Assembly (NCBI GenBank): GCA_003574845.1
Contig: NDHY01000002.1
Coordinates: 16,317-80,316, forward strand
DNA length: 64,000 bases
Source: a candidate division NPL-UPA2 bacterium Unc8
GTDB lineage: Bacteria > NPL-UPA2
Reading direction: 5' to 3'
Shown here: positions 41,116-50,437 of the stretch, piece after piece
Numbering within the stretch: position 1 is the first letter of the stretch
Layout: each line of letters starts with the position of its first letter
Translations under genes and position numbers: made by a program
The notes under the pieces: generated by a model
What the model saw: the letters and a program-made list of their open reading frames with translations, nothing else
What the model was told of the DNA's origin: nothing
Databases searched by the model: none

Positions 41116-41195
41116 TTACTTTAGTATCTCCAGTGTTAGCGTTTGGATATCAACGATTAACCTTTATTGCACAGCTTTTTTATCTATTCCACAAC

Positions 41196-41204
41196 TTATC
41201 CACA
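41196..41204 (+). promoter_or_regulatory. Perfect DnaA-box TTATCCACA in the tyrS upstream region
   Basis: Direct reading. Confidence 0.35.
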
Positions 41205-41300
41205 GGAAGAAAGGGCTTGTTTAACTGCGGTAATTTTAGCCATGAAATACAGGATAACGATGGGTAGCCGTCATTTTTATCAGAGAAGCTCATCCTGCAT

Positions 41301-41319
41301 TTATCCCGATTTATCCACA
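41301..41319 (+). promoter_or_regulatory. Tandem DnaA-box-like pair TTATCCCGA-T-TTATCCACA
   Basis: Direct reading: second perfect TTATCCACA preceded by a 7/9 match. Confidence 0.35.
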
Positions 41320-41480
41320 GGGTCTTCAAATATCTCCTAATACCACTAATATCTGAGGTAGGTGACTACATATTTATTTTGTCAAATAATTCATCATCAG
41401 GCAACAATTTCTTTAATATGCATAAATTGACAAGTTATGAGTAATTATGTCATTATTGTATTGAAAAGTAAGGAGAGAAT

Positions 41481-42686
41481 ATGAAGCCTGAAAAACAATT
41501 AGAGATTTTCAGAAGAGGAGCGGTTGAAGTTATCCCGGAGGAAGAGCTCCTCGCCAAAATTGAGAACGCTCGCAGAAAGAAACGAGGGCTACGGATAAAG
41601 TTTGGCGCTGACCCATCAGCGCCTGATATTCATCTTGGGCATACCGTCTGCCTGCACAAGCTGAAAGAACTGCAGGACCTCAAGCATGAGATAATTTTTG
41701 TGATTGGGGACTTTACCGCCACAATTGGCGACCCCAGCGGACAGACAAAGACAAGGAAGCCGCTCAGCAGAGAGGAAATAATGAAGAACGCAGAGACCTA
41801 CCAGAACCAGGCCTTTAAGATACTCAGTCCCTCTCAGACAAAGGTTGTCTATAATAGCCAGTGGTGTGATAGATTAGCGCTTGCTGAGGTGTGTGAGTTG
41901 GCTTCTAAATATACCGTTGCCAGAATGATAGAAAGGAACGACTTCCAAAAACGTTATCAAAGTGGGCAGGAGATAGGCATCCATGAGTTTTTGTATCCTC
42001 TCATTCAAGCGTATGACTCCATTGCCCTGAAGTCAGATGTGGAGGTTGGCGGGACAGACCAGAAATTTAATTTTCTTGTTGCCAGGGAGCTCCAGCATCG
42101 CTATGGGCAGGAGCCGCAGGTAGTACTTACTCTGCCCATTCTTCCAGGAACAGACGGAGTGCGGAAGATGAGCAAAAGCATGGGAAACTACATTGGTATA
42201 ACCGAGCCGCCGCAGGAAATATTTGGCAAAATTATGTCCATCTCAGATGAACTGATGTTCACATATTATGAGCTGCTCACATCCATATCTTCTGCCGGAT
42301 TGAAGAGGATGAGGAAAGGAAGTTCTCACCCTCGTGATTTGAAAAAGAGTCTGGCAAAAGAGATTGTGGCGCTTTATTATGGAAATAAGCTGTCATTACG
42401 AGCCGAGGAGGAATTTGAAAATGTTTTTAAGAAAGGAAGAGCGCCGGAAGAGATTCCATCTTTAATGCTATCAAAAAGTGAACTGAAAGATGGGAAAATG
42501 GAACTTGTAAAAATTTTACTTCTATCGTCTATGGCGAAGAGCAAAAGCGAGGCAAAGCGACTCATTCAAGCAGGAGCAGTCAAGATAAACAATGAAAAGT
42601 GCAGCAATTCAGAGATAGAAATAAGGAAAGGAATGGTTATCAGAACAGGCAAGCGAAAATTTGCGGTGATTGATATCTCGGATTGA
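41481..42686 (+). CDS. tyrS: Tyrosyl-tRNA synthetase (with C-terminal S4 domain)
   Basis: 401 aa with HLGH and KMSKS motifs and a TyrS-specific core. Confidence 0.95.
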   Translation: MKPEKQLEIFRRGAVEVIPEEELLAKIENARRKKRGLRIKFGADPSAPDIHLGHTVCLHKLKELQDLKHEIIFVIGDFTATIGDPSGQTKTRKPLSREEIMKNAETYQNQAFKILSPSQTKVVYNSQWCDRLALAEVCELASKYTVARMIERNDFQKRYQSGQEIGIHEFLYPLIQAYDSIALKSDVEVGGTDQKFNFLVARELQHRYGQEPQVVLTLPILPGTDGVRKMSKSMGNYIGITEPPQEIFGKIMSISDELMFTYYELLTSISSAGLKRMRKGSSHPRDLKKSLAKEIVALYYGNKLSLRAEEEFENVFKKGRAPEEIPSLMLSKSELKDGKMELVKILLLSSMAKSKSEAKRLIQAGAVKINNEKCSNSEIEIRKGMVIRTGKRKFAVIDISD

Positions 42687-42704
42687 ACAAAAATCAAAAC
42701 AAAA

Positions 42705-43424
42705 ATGAGTAAGTTAGATAGTTTTAAAATAGGAGGAGAGCCGGCGCTGGTAGCAGTTATCTGGGGTGAGAACATAGGGGAGTTAGGAGCAAAAGCAAAA
42801 GAAGAAGGAGCCGACATTTTAGAGCTCAGGCTTGATAAATTCAGGCAGCTAAACCAGTCATTACTTTTGGAGTCCATCGGAGAAATAAAAAAACTCGGCT
42901 TACCTCTCATTGCCACCGTAAGACGCATAGATGAGGGAGGAGAAAGAGAGATTAAAGAAGAAGAAAGGCTTCGTCTTTTGCAGTCTATTTTCCCATATGT
43001 AGATGCCATAGATATAGAGCTAAGGTCATCATCTATTATTAATGAGATTGTCTCTCGTGGGCAGGAGTTAGAAAAAACAATAATTGTATCCTACCATAAT
43101 CTAAAGGAAACCACGACGGAGAAAGAGCTTCATAAGATAGCTGAGAAGGCAAAAGCGACTGGAGCTGATATTGTCAAGATTGCCGCCTTTGCCAGAGAGG
43201 CAGACGATATTGCCCGCCTGATGAATTTTACCTACCACTCTTCCATTAAACCAATTGCCTCTATTTCAATGGGAGTAATTGGCACTATTTCCCGGATTAT
43301 TGCCCCTTTATTTGGCTCCTGTTTTGGCTATGCTTACCTGCATCAGAGCGCTGCTTCCGGCCAGCTCAGCGTTTCTAAGTTAAGAAGCGAGTGGAGAAAG
43401 TATAAGATTTCTTATAGGCCTTAA
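42705..43424 (+). CDS. aroD: 3-dehydroquinate dehydratase, type I
   Basis: 239 aa. ELRLD and TVRR...EGG motifs typical of type I DHQase. Confidence 0.7.
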   Translation: MSKLDSFKIGGEPALVAVIWGENIGELGAKAKEEGADILELRLDKFRQLNQSLLLESIGEIKKLGLPLIATVRRIDEGGEREIKEEERLRLLQSIFPYVDAIDIELRSSSIINEIVSRGQELEKTIIVSYHNLKETTTEKELHKIAEKAKATGADIVKIAAFAREADDIARLMNFTYHSSIKPIASISMGVIGTISRIIAPLFGSCFGYAYLHQSAASGQLSVSKLRSEWRKYKISYRP

Positions 43425-43463
43425 CGAAGAAAACAGGGCAGACCATATTCGCGGCCGTTCGCA

Positions 43464-44522
43464 TTATTGAAAGGTATGGATTGCGGTGGACTTGAAAGCG
43501 AGGTAGATGGAGGCTCCCTCCCTTAAGTCTAACTCAGAGAGAGCATTCCCGGTTATCAATACCTTGAATATAACCCAGCCCACTTTTACCTGAACTTCAT
43601 AATAGAATCCCTCTCTGATGATTTTAGAAATCACGCCTCTGAAGTTGTTACGCATACTTGAGGAGAGTCTCTCCCTGCTTATCACTATATCCTCTGGTCT
43701 AATAGCCAGATACCCTTGAGCATCCTTCATCTCCCTTCCCAGTTCCACCTCCAAATTCTGAAGCCATGCCTTGCTACCCTTAAATTCCACCAAAAAGATG
43801 TTCTTCATACCCACGAACTCCGCCACCTCTCTATCTCTGGGGAAAGCAAATACCTCACTCCGCTCCCCGACCTGATGGACCTCACCATTTATGAGCACAA
43901 CTATCCTATCCGCCAGGCGCTGGCCCTGGGCCATATCATGCGTCGTCATTACTATCGTGGTGCCATACCGATGGATAATATTTGTTATGAGTTCTTCAAT
44001 TCTTGATGTTGAAATCGGATCAAGGTTTGCCGTAGGTTCATCCAGTAGTAATACCTCTGGCTCAACCGCTATCGCTCTGGCTATTGCCACCCTTTGTGCT
44101 TCGCCACCAGACAGTGTTCCGGCATTTCTATTCTTATGGTCTGAGAGATTAACCATCTCCAGAATATTATCAACTTTTTGGCGAATACTACTTTTCCCCA
44201 CCCCTCGCCATTTCAGCCCATAGGCAATATTATTATAGACAGTAGTGTTAAATACCACTGGTTTCTGACTTACAAACGCCATTCGTCGCCGTGTCTCTAA
44301 TCCAACCTTCCCAAGCTGGGTAACATCGGTGTCATCAAAATATATCCTCCCCGATGTAGGCATATCAAGCAGGTCAATCAGGCGTAAAAGCGTAGTTTTA
44401 CCAGCACCAGTGGGACCAATCAGGGCAAGAACCTCACCACTTTCCACCTTGATATTGATATTTTTCAGGGATTCTTTCTCGCCAAATCTCTTAGATAGGT
44501 TTCTCACTTCTACTATGACCAT
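43464..44522 (-). CDS. tupC: ABC transporter ATP-binding protein with C-terminal TOBE domain (tungstate/molybdate type)
   Basis: 352 aa. Walker A GPTGAGKTT, LSGGEAQRVAIARA, and a TOBE-like C-terminus. Confidence 0.8.
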   Translation of the reverse strand: MVIVEVRNLSKRFGEKESLKNINIKVESGEVLALIGPTGAGKTTLLRLIDLLDMPTSGRIYFDDTDVTQLGKVGLETRRRMAFVSQKPVVFNTTVYNNIAYGLKWRGVGKSSIRQKVDNILEMVNLSDHKNRNAGTLSGGEAQRVAIARAIAVEPEVLLLDEPTANLDPISTSRIEELITNIIHRYGTTIVMTTHDMAQGQRLADRIVVLINGEVHQVGERSEVFAFPRDREVAEFVGMKNIFLVEFKGSKAWLQNLEVELGREMKDAQGYLAIRPEDIVISRERLSSSMRNNFRGVISKIIREGFYYEVQVKVGWVIFKVLITGNALSELDLREGASIYLAFKSTAIHTFQ

Positions 44523-44524
44523 TA

Positions 44525-45211
44525 TTACCTCTGCTGTATTCTATTCAGGACTACGTTGACTATGAAAGATAGCGACAGGAGAATAATCCCCAGAGCTATT
44601 GCCATCTCTAACTCACCCTTTTGTGATTCCAGCGCTATCGCCGAAGTAAGCACTCTGGTGAACCCCCTTATATTCCCACCGACCATAAGAGCGATTCCCA
44701 ACTCTGAGACGGCTCGTCCGAAACCCATTATGATAGCGGCGACAATGGCGAACCTTGCCTCTTTTGAGATAATTATAACAGCCTGAAAGTCGCTGGCGCC
44801 AAGCGATAGCGCCGTATCCTTAATCGCTTTATCTACACCACTGAGAGCCGAAATGGTTAGACCGAGCAATATCGGTGTGATTAACATCATGTGCCCGATG
44901 ACCATAGTAGTTGGCGTGAAGAGTAGATTTAAGCCACCGATCGGACCGGCCCGAGAAAAGAGGACAAAGACAAGTAAGCCAATACAGACCGAGGGGATAC
45001 TGAATAATGTCTGGATGACATTTATCAAAACTCTCTTGCCCGGGAAACGGTAAAAGTGGATGAGACCGCCAAGCGGTAGGCAAATAAGAGAGGCGAGGAT
45101 AACGGAGGTCGCTGAAATCCCCAGCGACCTCCCGGCTATCTCCATAACCTCTGGGTCAAGCGAGACGATAAGCTCGATAGCTTTGATAAAGGCGTGCCAT
45201 ACTTCAATCAA
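44525..45211 (-). CDS. tupB: ABC transporter permease (tungstate/molybdate type)
   Basis: 228-aa polytopic membrane protein with an EAA-like loop, located between the binding-protein and ATPase genes. Confidence 0.8.
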   Translation of the reverse strand: MIEVWHAFIKAIELIVSLDPEVMEIAGRSLGISATSVILASLICLPLGGLIHFYRFPGKRVLINVIQTLFSIPSVCIGLLVFVLFSRAGPIGGLNLLFTPTTMVIGHMMLITPILLGLTISALSGVDKAIKDTALSLGASDFQAVIIISKEARFAIVAAIIMGFGRAVSELGIALMVGGNIRGFTRVLTSAIALESQKGELEMAIALGIILLSLSFIVNVVLNRIQQR

Positions 45212-45223
45212 TGGATCTTACTC

Positions 45224-46153
45224 CTATTCTTTAGGTTCTGCCCCGGCACAAGGGATGAATAGCGGCATCCCAAACTCCTCAACGCCGTAATTGCCGATGA
45301 GTTCCTGTATTTCAGGTGAGGTGAGGAATTCTATGAGGTTATTGGCCATCTCAATATTGGTTTTGGGATGCCTTTCTGGATTTATGGCAATGGCGGAGTA
45401 AACATTGAGCAATATAGCTCCTTCATCCACGAGCGGCACCAAATCCACTTCACCCCCGAAAGCGAGAAAAGTCCCCATATCAACCAGAGTATAGGCCTGC
45501 TTCTCACTGGCCATAAGGAGGGTTGGACCCATTCCTCTTCCCGCTTCTATATACCACTTCCCGGCTCTTCGAACTGCTTCATAATCATAGCCCGCTCCTC
45601 TCCAGATTGCCTTCTCCTTGCCATGGGTCCCAGAAGCATCTCCTCTGGAAACAAAGCGCCCGAGGCCGGTTTCCATCAATCTCTTGAAAGCTGCCTCTGG
45701 GCTTAGACCTTTAATGCCTGCCGGGTCATCTGGTGGTCCCACAATGAGGAAATAGTTGTAAGCAAAGACAACTCGCTGGACACCATAACCCTCGGCGACG
45801 AATTTCTTCTCATAGGCTTTGGCATGAGTAGCGATAACATCTACATCTCCTCTCCTTCCCCACGCCAAGGCTATCCCGGTTCCGGCATAAATGATATCTA
45901 ACTCTACATTGAATTCCTTCTCAAACATCGGTTCCAGGTGCCCCCACAGACCGGTGTCATAAAGGCTGGTGGTAGTAGCTACTCTCATTCTTTCCACGGG
46001 CCGCAGTGCCTCAACCGTTGGTGGTGCGGGAGGCAGTACCTCAACCGGTGGTGGTACAGGAGCACGTCCCACCCTACCTATAAACAGGCCAAGGAGTACT
46101 ATTACTACCAGTCCTCCTATCATCTTACCTATTCTTTTACCTCTTTTACCCAT
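45224..46153 (-). CDS. tupA: Periplasmic tungstate-binding protein, TupA family (start taken at the internal Met MGKRGKRIG...)
   Basis: The TTTSLYDTGLW motif (TTTS..D[T/S]GL) is the TupA/WtpA-type oxyanion-binding signature. A signal/transmembrane segment precedes it. Confidence 0.75.
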   Translation of the reverse strand: MGKRGKRIGKMIGGLVVIVLLGLFIGRVGRAPVPPPVEVLPPAPPTVEALRPVERMRVATTTSLYDTGLWGHLEPMFEKEFNVELDIIYAGTGIALAWGRRGDVDVIATHAKAYEKKFVAEGYGVQRVVFAYNYFLIVGPPDDPAGIKGLSPEAAFKRLMETGLGRFVSRGDASGTHGKEKAIWRGAGYDYEAVRRAGKWYIEAGRGMGPTLLMASEKQAYTLVDMGTFLAFGGEVDLVPLVDEGAILLNVYSAIAINPERHPKTNIEMANNLIEFLTSPEIQELIGNYGVEEFGMPLFIPCAGAEPKE

Positions 46154-46301
46154 TATTTTTCTCCTTATTTTTTCATTTACCCTCATTTTTCCCGCTGAAC
46201 AACAGTCCCTTAATGACTTTGAAATTTTAACATTTTCCCCAACATTTTCCCCTCCTTGTCTTTTTTTATTTACCCTCATTTTTACGGTCTGCTTTCACAA
46301 C

Positions 46302-46339
46302 ATAAAAAAACCAGCTCCCATGAATTTAGAGAGCTGGTT
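46302..46339 (-). terminator. Intrinsic terminator/attenuator: 9-bp stem AACCAGCTC / GAGCTGGTT with a 13-nt loop, followed by UUUUUUUAUG, about 150 nt upstream of the tupA start
   Basis: Direct reading of the minus strand: GGCGAUAACCAGCUCUCUAAAUUCAUGGGAGCUGGUUUUUUUAUG. Confidence 0.7.
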
Positions 46340-46608
46340 ATCGCCGAGACGCCAAAGCCTGCTGAGACGCTGAATTATTTCCTGCGTTTCTGCGGCCAAA
46401 GGGTTCTGCGTTTGCTCCTTTCCAAACACGGGAGGTATCCCGATTTCTCAAAATGCCCTATCGCTCCGATGCCATATCTCATTATTAAGACTTAGGCGCC
46501 CGGAGTCGGAGCCATATTTAATTGTTAAAGCATATCATGCCACAATATTAGGGGATGTCAAGAAAAATCTTAGGAAGAGAAAACATGGTCAGACCTCAAC
46601 AAAATGAG

Positions 46609-47024
46609 TGGGTAGTAGGTAGTAGGTAGTGAGCAGGTAACAAGTCATTAGCTAAAGTAAAGTATGAGCAAAGTAATGTTAACATATTGAATTTCAATCT
46701 CCTACATTAGTAAATAAAGGCACAAAGAATTAAGTTGTAAGTTGTAAGTTGTAAGTCGTAAGTTGTAAGTAGAGAGTAGAGAGAAAAGAGAGATGAAATT
46801 GGAAATTAGAAATTGGAAATTGGGTGTAGTGTAGCCCTTTATGGGCGTAGAGAGTAGAGAGAAGAGAGTAGAGAGAGATGAAAATGGAAATTGGAAATTG
46901 GAAATTAGTAAGTGGTGGGTAGTAGGTAGTAAGTAGTTTAGGGTTTAGGGTTTAGGGTTTAGGGTTTAGGATTTGTAATTGATAACTGGTGTTCTGGTGC
47001 TCTGGTGATCTGGTGATCTGGTAA
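46609..47024. repeat. Repeat island of consecutive different short tandem arrays: (GGTAGTA)n, GGCACAAAG, (TTGTAAG)x5, GTAGAGAGTAGAGAG, (GAAATTG)x3-4 (twice), (TTTAGGG)x4.7, (CTGGTGNT)x4
   Basis: Direct reading. It includes two tandem copies of the modular element at 46719-46783 and 46841-46935 and two mini-ORFs at 46793-46834 and 46878-46922. Confidence 0.9.
46719..46783. repeat. Modular dispersed repeat, copy 2 (reverse orientation): GGCACAAAG-AATTAAG-(TTGTAAG)n-TAGAGAGTAGAGAG
   Basis: Its reverse complement, CTCTCTACTCTCTAC-(TTACAAC)n-TTAATTCTTTGTGCC, has the same architecture as 55440-55496. Confidence 0.85.
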
Positions 47025-47125
47025 GTTATTTTTTGTGTTCCCTACTAAGGATACATAATATATCTTATGTCAAGTAAGCAAAAAAACTAAAGAGGATAAC
47101 ACCAAAATACAAAACAAACCTCCCA

Positions 47126-47479
47126 TTAACCAATTTTACCATCAAAAACTTCCTGAAAATCATATCTACTTTTAAAGTCATCCTTACTATCCTGATCAGT
47201 CTTACTCATAAGTCCCATTTCAATCATGTTGAATACAATCTCTCCAAAGTCCTCTGTTTTCCTTATTCCCCAATGTTCAAAAACAGTTCGGGTCATCAAG
47301 CCAAACTGCTGCAAGCCATATTCCCTGATTCCATCCAGAAGTTCCTGTCCACTTACATGCAGCTTCTTCAGCCTGCTTTGGGTAAAATTAAGAGCATCCA
47401 TTGTAAAGCTATATGCATCAGGATGATAGCGATTATCTTTTTCAGCAAGTTCTTCTATTTTTCTGAAAAAATCAACCAT
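47126..47479 (-). CDS. Hypothetical conserved small protein downstream of ilvD
   Basis: 117-aa ORF with no recognised family. Tightly linked to the ilvD stop. Confidence 0.4.
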   Translation of the reverse strand: MVDFFRKIEELAEKDNRYHPDAYSFTMDALNFTQSRLKKLHVSGQELLDGIREYGLQQFGLMTRTVFEHWGIRKTEDFGEIVFNMIEMGLMSKTDQDSKDDFKSRYDFQEVFDGKIG

Positions 47480-47487
47480 TTTAAACT

Positions 47488-49137
47488 TTATCTCATTGCT
47501 GCTCCATGACTTGCATCAAGACAACCTTGTTCATACCAGCTCAAACACCCCTTAATGTCTCTTTCCCGTGGTTGCCATTTTTTTATCCGTGTTTCAAGTT
47601 CATCCCTGCTAATATCCAGGTTAAGTTTTCTATTGGGAATATCTATTGAAATATAATCTCCCTCGCAAACAACTGCTATTGGGCCTCCAACCGCTGCCTC
47701 CGGCACTATATGACCAATACAAGGCCCTCGCGTACCTCCAGAGAATCGCCCATCGGTAATCAGCGCTACTGAATCTGACAAACCCCGCCCGCAGATAGCG
47801 GCAGTCGGAGCAAGCATCTCACGCATTCCAGGGCCACCCCTTGGCCCTTCATATCTGATGACTACCACATCTCCTTCTTTTATTTTATCTGAGGTAATTG
47901 CTTCATAAGCATCCTCTTCACATTCAAAGACGCGCGCCGGCCCACGTACTTTGAGCATTACATCTGCTACTGCAATTTGTTTTACCACTGCTCCATCAGG
48001 AGCCAGTGACCCTTTTAGTATGGCAATGCCGCCTTCCTTGTGCACAGGATTGGCGAGAGGACGAATTACATCTTCATTTGATACAGAAACATCAAAAATA
48101 TTGTCCACTACCCTCTTTCCGTTGACAGTGAGGCAATTTAAGTTAAGCAATGTTTGTAATTGCTTCATTACTGCAGGCACCCCGCCAGCATTTTCCATAT
48201 CAATCATAAAGTATTTGCCACCTGGCCTCATATCACAAAGATGAGGAGTATCCCGACTTAACTCATCAAAGGTTTCAAGGGGAATATCAATCCCTGCCTC
48301 GCGGGCAATCGCCAGCACCTCGAGCGTATCATTGGTAGAGCCTCCTATTGAAAGAGACACTCTTATCCAGTTCAGGAATGCCTTTTTAGTCATTATTTTC
48401 CTTGCATTAATGTCATTCTTAATAAGATTGACGACTTGCCTGCCACTCATCTCTGCTAAATGCACCTTTCTCTCGCTAGCAGCATGAGAAGTAGCGCATC
48501 CCGGGAGAGATAATCCCAGTGCCTCTGTTCCACAAGCTAAGGTATTGGCGCTGAACATCCCGGCACAGCTTCCTGCCCCGGGACAAGCACACTCCTCCAG
48601 TTCGCGGAGCTCATCCTCCCTCATCTCGCCGCCAGATGCCTTACCTACTGCCTCAAAGACACTGATTATATCTACCCTATCTCCCTGAAAATTTCCAGGA
48701 AACATAGGGCCACCCGTAACGACAATAGTTGGAATGTCCAATCGACCAGCCGCCATCAGGTGACCGGGAACGACCTCATCACATGCAGCGATAAGAACCA
48801 TTCCATCAAGAGCATGCGCCTCAATCATTATTTCAATAGAGTTAGCAATTACATCTCGGGATGGCAAAGAATACTTCATTCCCTTATGTCCTATTGCCAG
48901 CCCATCGCAGACGGCAATAGTACTGAATTCAAATGGCATTCCACCGGATTTCCTTATTCCCTTTTTCACCGCATCTGAGAGTTCTCTCAGGTGAATATGA
49001 CCAGGCACAATCTCCGTCCAGGAATTAACCACTGCAATGAACGGCTTGGTCATATCCTTTCTTGTTACTCCACACGCCTTTAAGAGAGAGCGGTGAGGTG
49101 CTCGTTCCAACCCATCCTTAATTAAATTGCTTCTCAT
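47488..49137 (-). CDS. ilvD: Dihydroxy-acid dehydratase
   Basis: 549 aa with IlvD/EDD family motifs ([15 protein letters not shown], Cys ligands for the Fe-S cluster). Confidence 0.95.
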   Translation of the reverse strand: MRSNLIKDGLERAPHRSLLKACGVTRKDMTKPFIAVVNSWTEIVPGHIHLRELSDAVKKGIRKSGGMPFEFSTIAVCDGLAIGHKGMKYSLPSRDVIANSIEIMIEAHALDGMVLIAACDEVVPGHLMAAGRLDIPTIVVTGGPMFPGNFQGDRVDIISVFEAVGKASGGEMREDELRELEECACPGAGSCAGMFSANTLACGTEALGLSLPGCATSHAASERKVHLAEMSGRQVVNLIKNDINARKIMTKKAFLNWIRVSLSIGGSTNDTLEVLAIAREAGIDIPLETFDELSRDTPHLCDMRPGGKYFMIDMENAGGVPAVMKQLQTLLNLNCLTVNGKRVVDNIFDVSVSNEDVIRPLANPVHKEGGIAILKGSLAPDGAVVKQIAVADVMLKVRGPARVFECEEDAYEAITSDKIKEGDVVVIRYEGPRGGPGMREMLAPTAAICGRGLSDSVALITDGRFSGGTRGPCIGHIVPEAAVGGPIAVVCEGDYISIDIPNRKLNLDISRDELETRIKKWQPRERDIKGCLSWYEQGCLDASHGAAMR

Positions 49138-49344
49138 TTTTACTCCTATTTTCTATTTAGCATCTAACATTTCCCTTTGGTAAATAGTAAATATTGCCTT
49201 GTGGCATCCTTTCAGCAATCATAGCACCGTATTTGGGTGACTGACAAGGGAAAGCTATCAAAAGGTTGACTTATTTTTCCAATTTTGTTAGAAGCATACA
49301 ATAAGTGAACGAGTAAACTCCGCCAGAAGAGGCATGAGTTTCTA

Positions 49345-49409
49345 GCTGTAGTCACGCTAATCCGCTGACAATTATATCTGACAGAGAAAGGAAGATAGGT
49401 ATTGCAAAG
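49345..49409 (+). repeat. 65-bp direct repeat, left copy (GCTGTAGTCACGCTAATCCGCTGACAATTATATCTGACAGAGAAAGGAAGATAGGTATTGCAAAG)
   Basis: 64/65 identical to 50438..50502. Confidence 0.9.
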
Positions 49410-49416
49410 GGGTCAT

Positions 49417-50336
49417 GGGGTCAGGTCTTGCAATATAACAAAAGATATGCTATATTGGCAACATGACCAGACCATTACGGATAGAATTTAACGGAGCAGT
49501 TTATCATATCACTTCCAGAGGAAATGCTAAGCAGACGATCTTCCTTGATGAGAAAGACTTTGCTGATTTCCTTGGAGTCTTATGTCAGGTGGTAAAAAGA
49601 TATCACCTCATATTACATGCCTTCTGTCTGATGAATAACCATTATCATCTGCTTATTGAAACCCCTGAAGGTAACTTATCAAGAGGGATGAGACAATTAA
49701 ATGGTCTATATACCCAACGATTCAACCAAAGACATCAGAGAGTTGGGCATCTTTTACAGGGCAGGTACAAAGCGATTCTGGTAGATAAAGATAATTATTT
49801 ACTGGAACTTTGTCGCTATGTGGTGTTAAATCCGGTAAGGGCAAAAATAGTAAAAGACCCCAAAGACTGGAAATGGAGTGCTTATCGGGCAACTATAGGC
49901 TATAAAGGAATTCCCTGTTTAACGACAGATTGGATACTTTCTCAATTTGGCAACGAGAAAAAAGCAGCCTCCAGACAATATCAAGAATTTGTCTACTCCG
50001 GGATAAAAGCAGAATCACCCTTAAAAGTGGTAAAGGGGCAATTGTTTCTTGGCCAGGATAATTTTATGGATAAGATGAAATCCTTGATTGCAGGCAAAGA
50101 AAAATTAAAAGAGATACCGAGAGAGCAGCGCTATATAACCAGGCCACCCTTAAAGGAAATTTTTGATTATAAGGACAAGGAGTCAAAAGATCAAGCAATG
50201 TATGAGGCTTGCTTACAGTATGGCTATACCTTAAAAGATATAGCAGAATATATTGATGTGCATTATACTACAGTGAGCAGAGTGATTAAAAAAATTGAGG
50301 GGGAAAATGAAAAGTGATATTGCAAGACCTGACCCC
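49417..50336 (+). mobile_element. Candidate minimal insertion element: Y1/HUH transposase-like gene bounded by 20-bp perfect inverted repeats (49417-49436 GGGGTCAGGTCTTGCAATAT; 50317-50336 ATATTGCAAGACCTGACCCC)
   Basis: Inverted repeats read directly. A sigma70-like promoter (TTGCAA-17-TATATT, 49428-49456) lies in the left end and predicts a leaderless transcript starting at the ATG at 49463. Confidence 0.45.
49463..50317 (+). CDS. IS200-like (Y1 HUH) transposase-family protein with C-terminal DnaA-C-like HTH (COG1943-type, 'transposase and inactivated derivatives')
   Basis: N-terminus MTRPLRIEFNGAVYHITSRGN...HAFCLMNNHYHLLIE has the HUH-type HxH and YH motifs. The C-terminus YTLKDIAEYIDVHYTTVSRVIKKIE is an HTH. 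Confidence 0.7.
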   Translation: MTRPLRIEFNGAVYHITSRGNAKQTIFLDEKDFADFLGVLCQVVKRYHLILHAFCLMNNHYHLLIETPEGNLSRGMRQLNGLYTQRFNQRHQRVGHLLQGRYKAILVDKDNYLLELCRYVVLNPVRAKIVKDPKDWKWSAYRATIGYKGIPCLTTDWILSQFGNEKKAASRQYQEFVYSGIKAESPLKVVKGQLFLGQDNFMDKMKSLIAGKEKLKEIPREQRYITRPPLKEIFDYKDKESKDQAMYEACLQYGYTLKDIAEYIDVHYTTVSRVIKKIEGENEK

Positions 50337-50437
50337 TTCACAACACAAGGTAAAAAAAGGAAATAAAAAGATAAGTCTTATGATTTGGAGTAATAAAACC
50401 AAAAGATTATTTAGACTAAAAATGCTAACTCAGAGTG

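Noticed and set aside
41116-41480. T-box leader for tyrS (and for leuS at 10306-10400)
   Set aside because: No AGGGTGGNACCGCG T-box sequence or specifier-loop architecture was found. The leuS upstream region is occupied by the modular repeat.
46256-46495. 79-aa plus-strand ORF in the tupA upstream region
   Set aside because: It overlaps the minus-strand terminator and leader, has an atypical composition and no RBS. Judged spurious.
46937-46971. (TTTAGGG)n as a functional telomere
   Set aside because: It is internal to a contig between ordinary genes and embedded among other unrelated heptamer arrays. It is most simply one more member of the repeat island, not a chromosome end.
46609-47024. 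CRISPR array
   Set aside because: Units are 6-8 nt direct tandem repeats with no unique spacers, no 25-40 nt repeat periodicity and no cas genes nearby.
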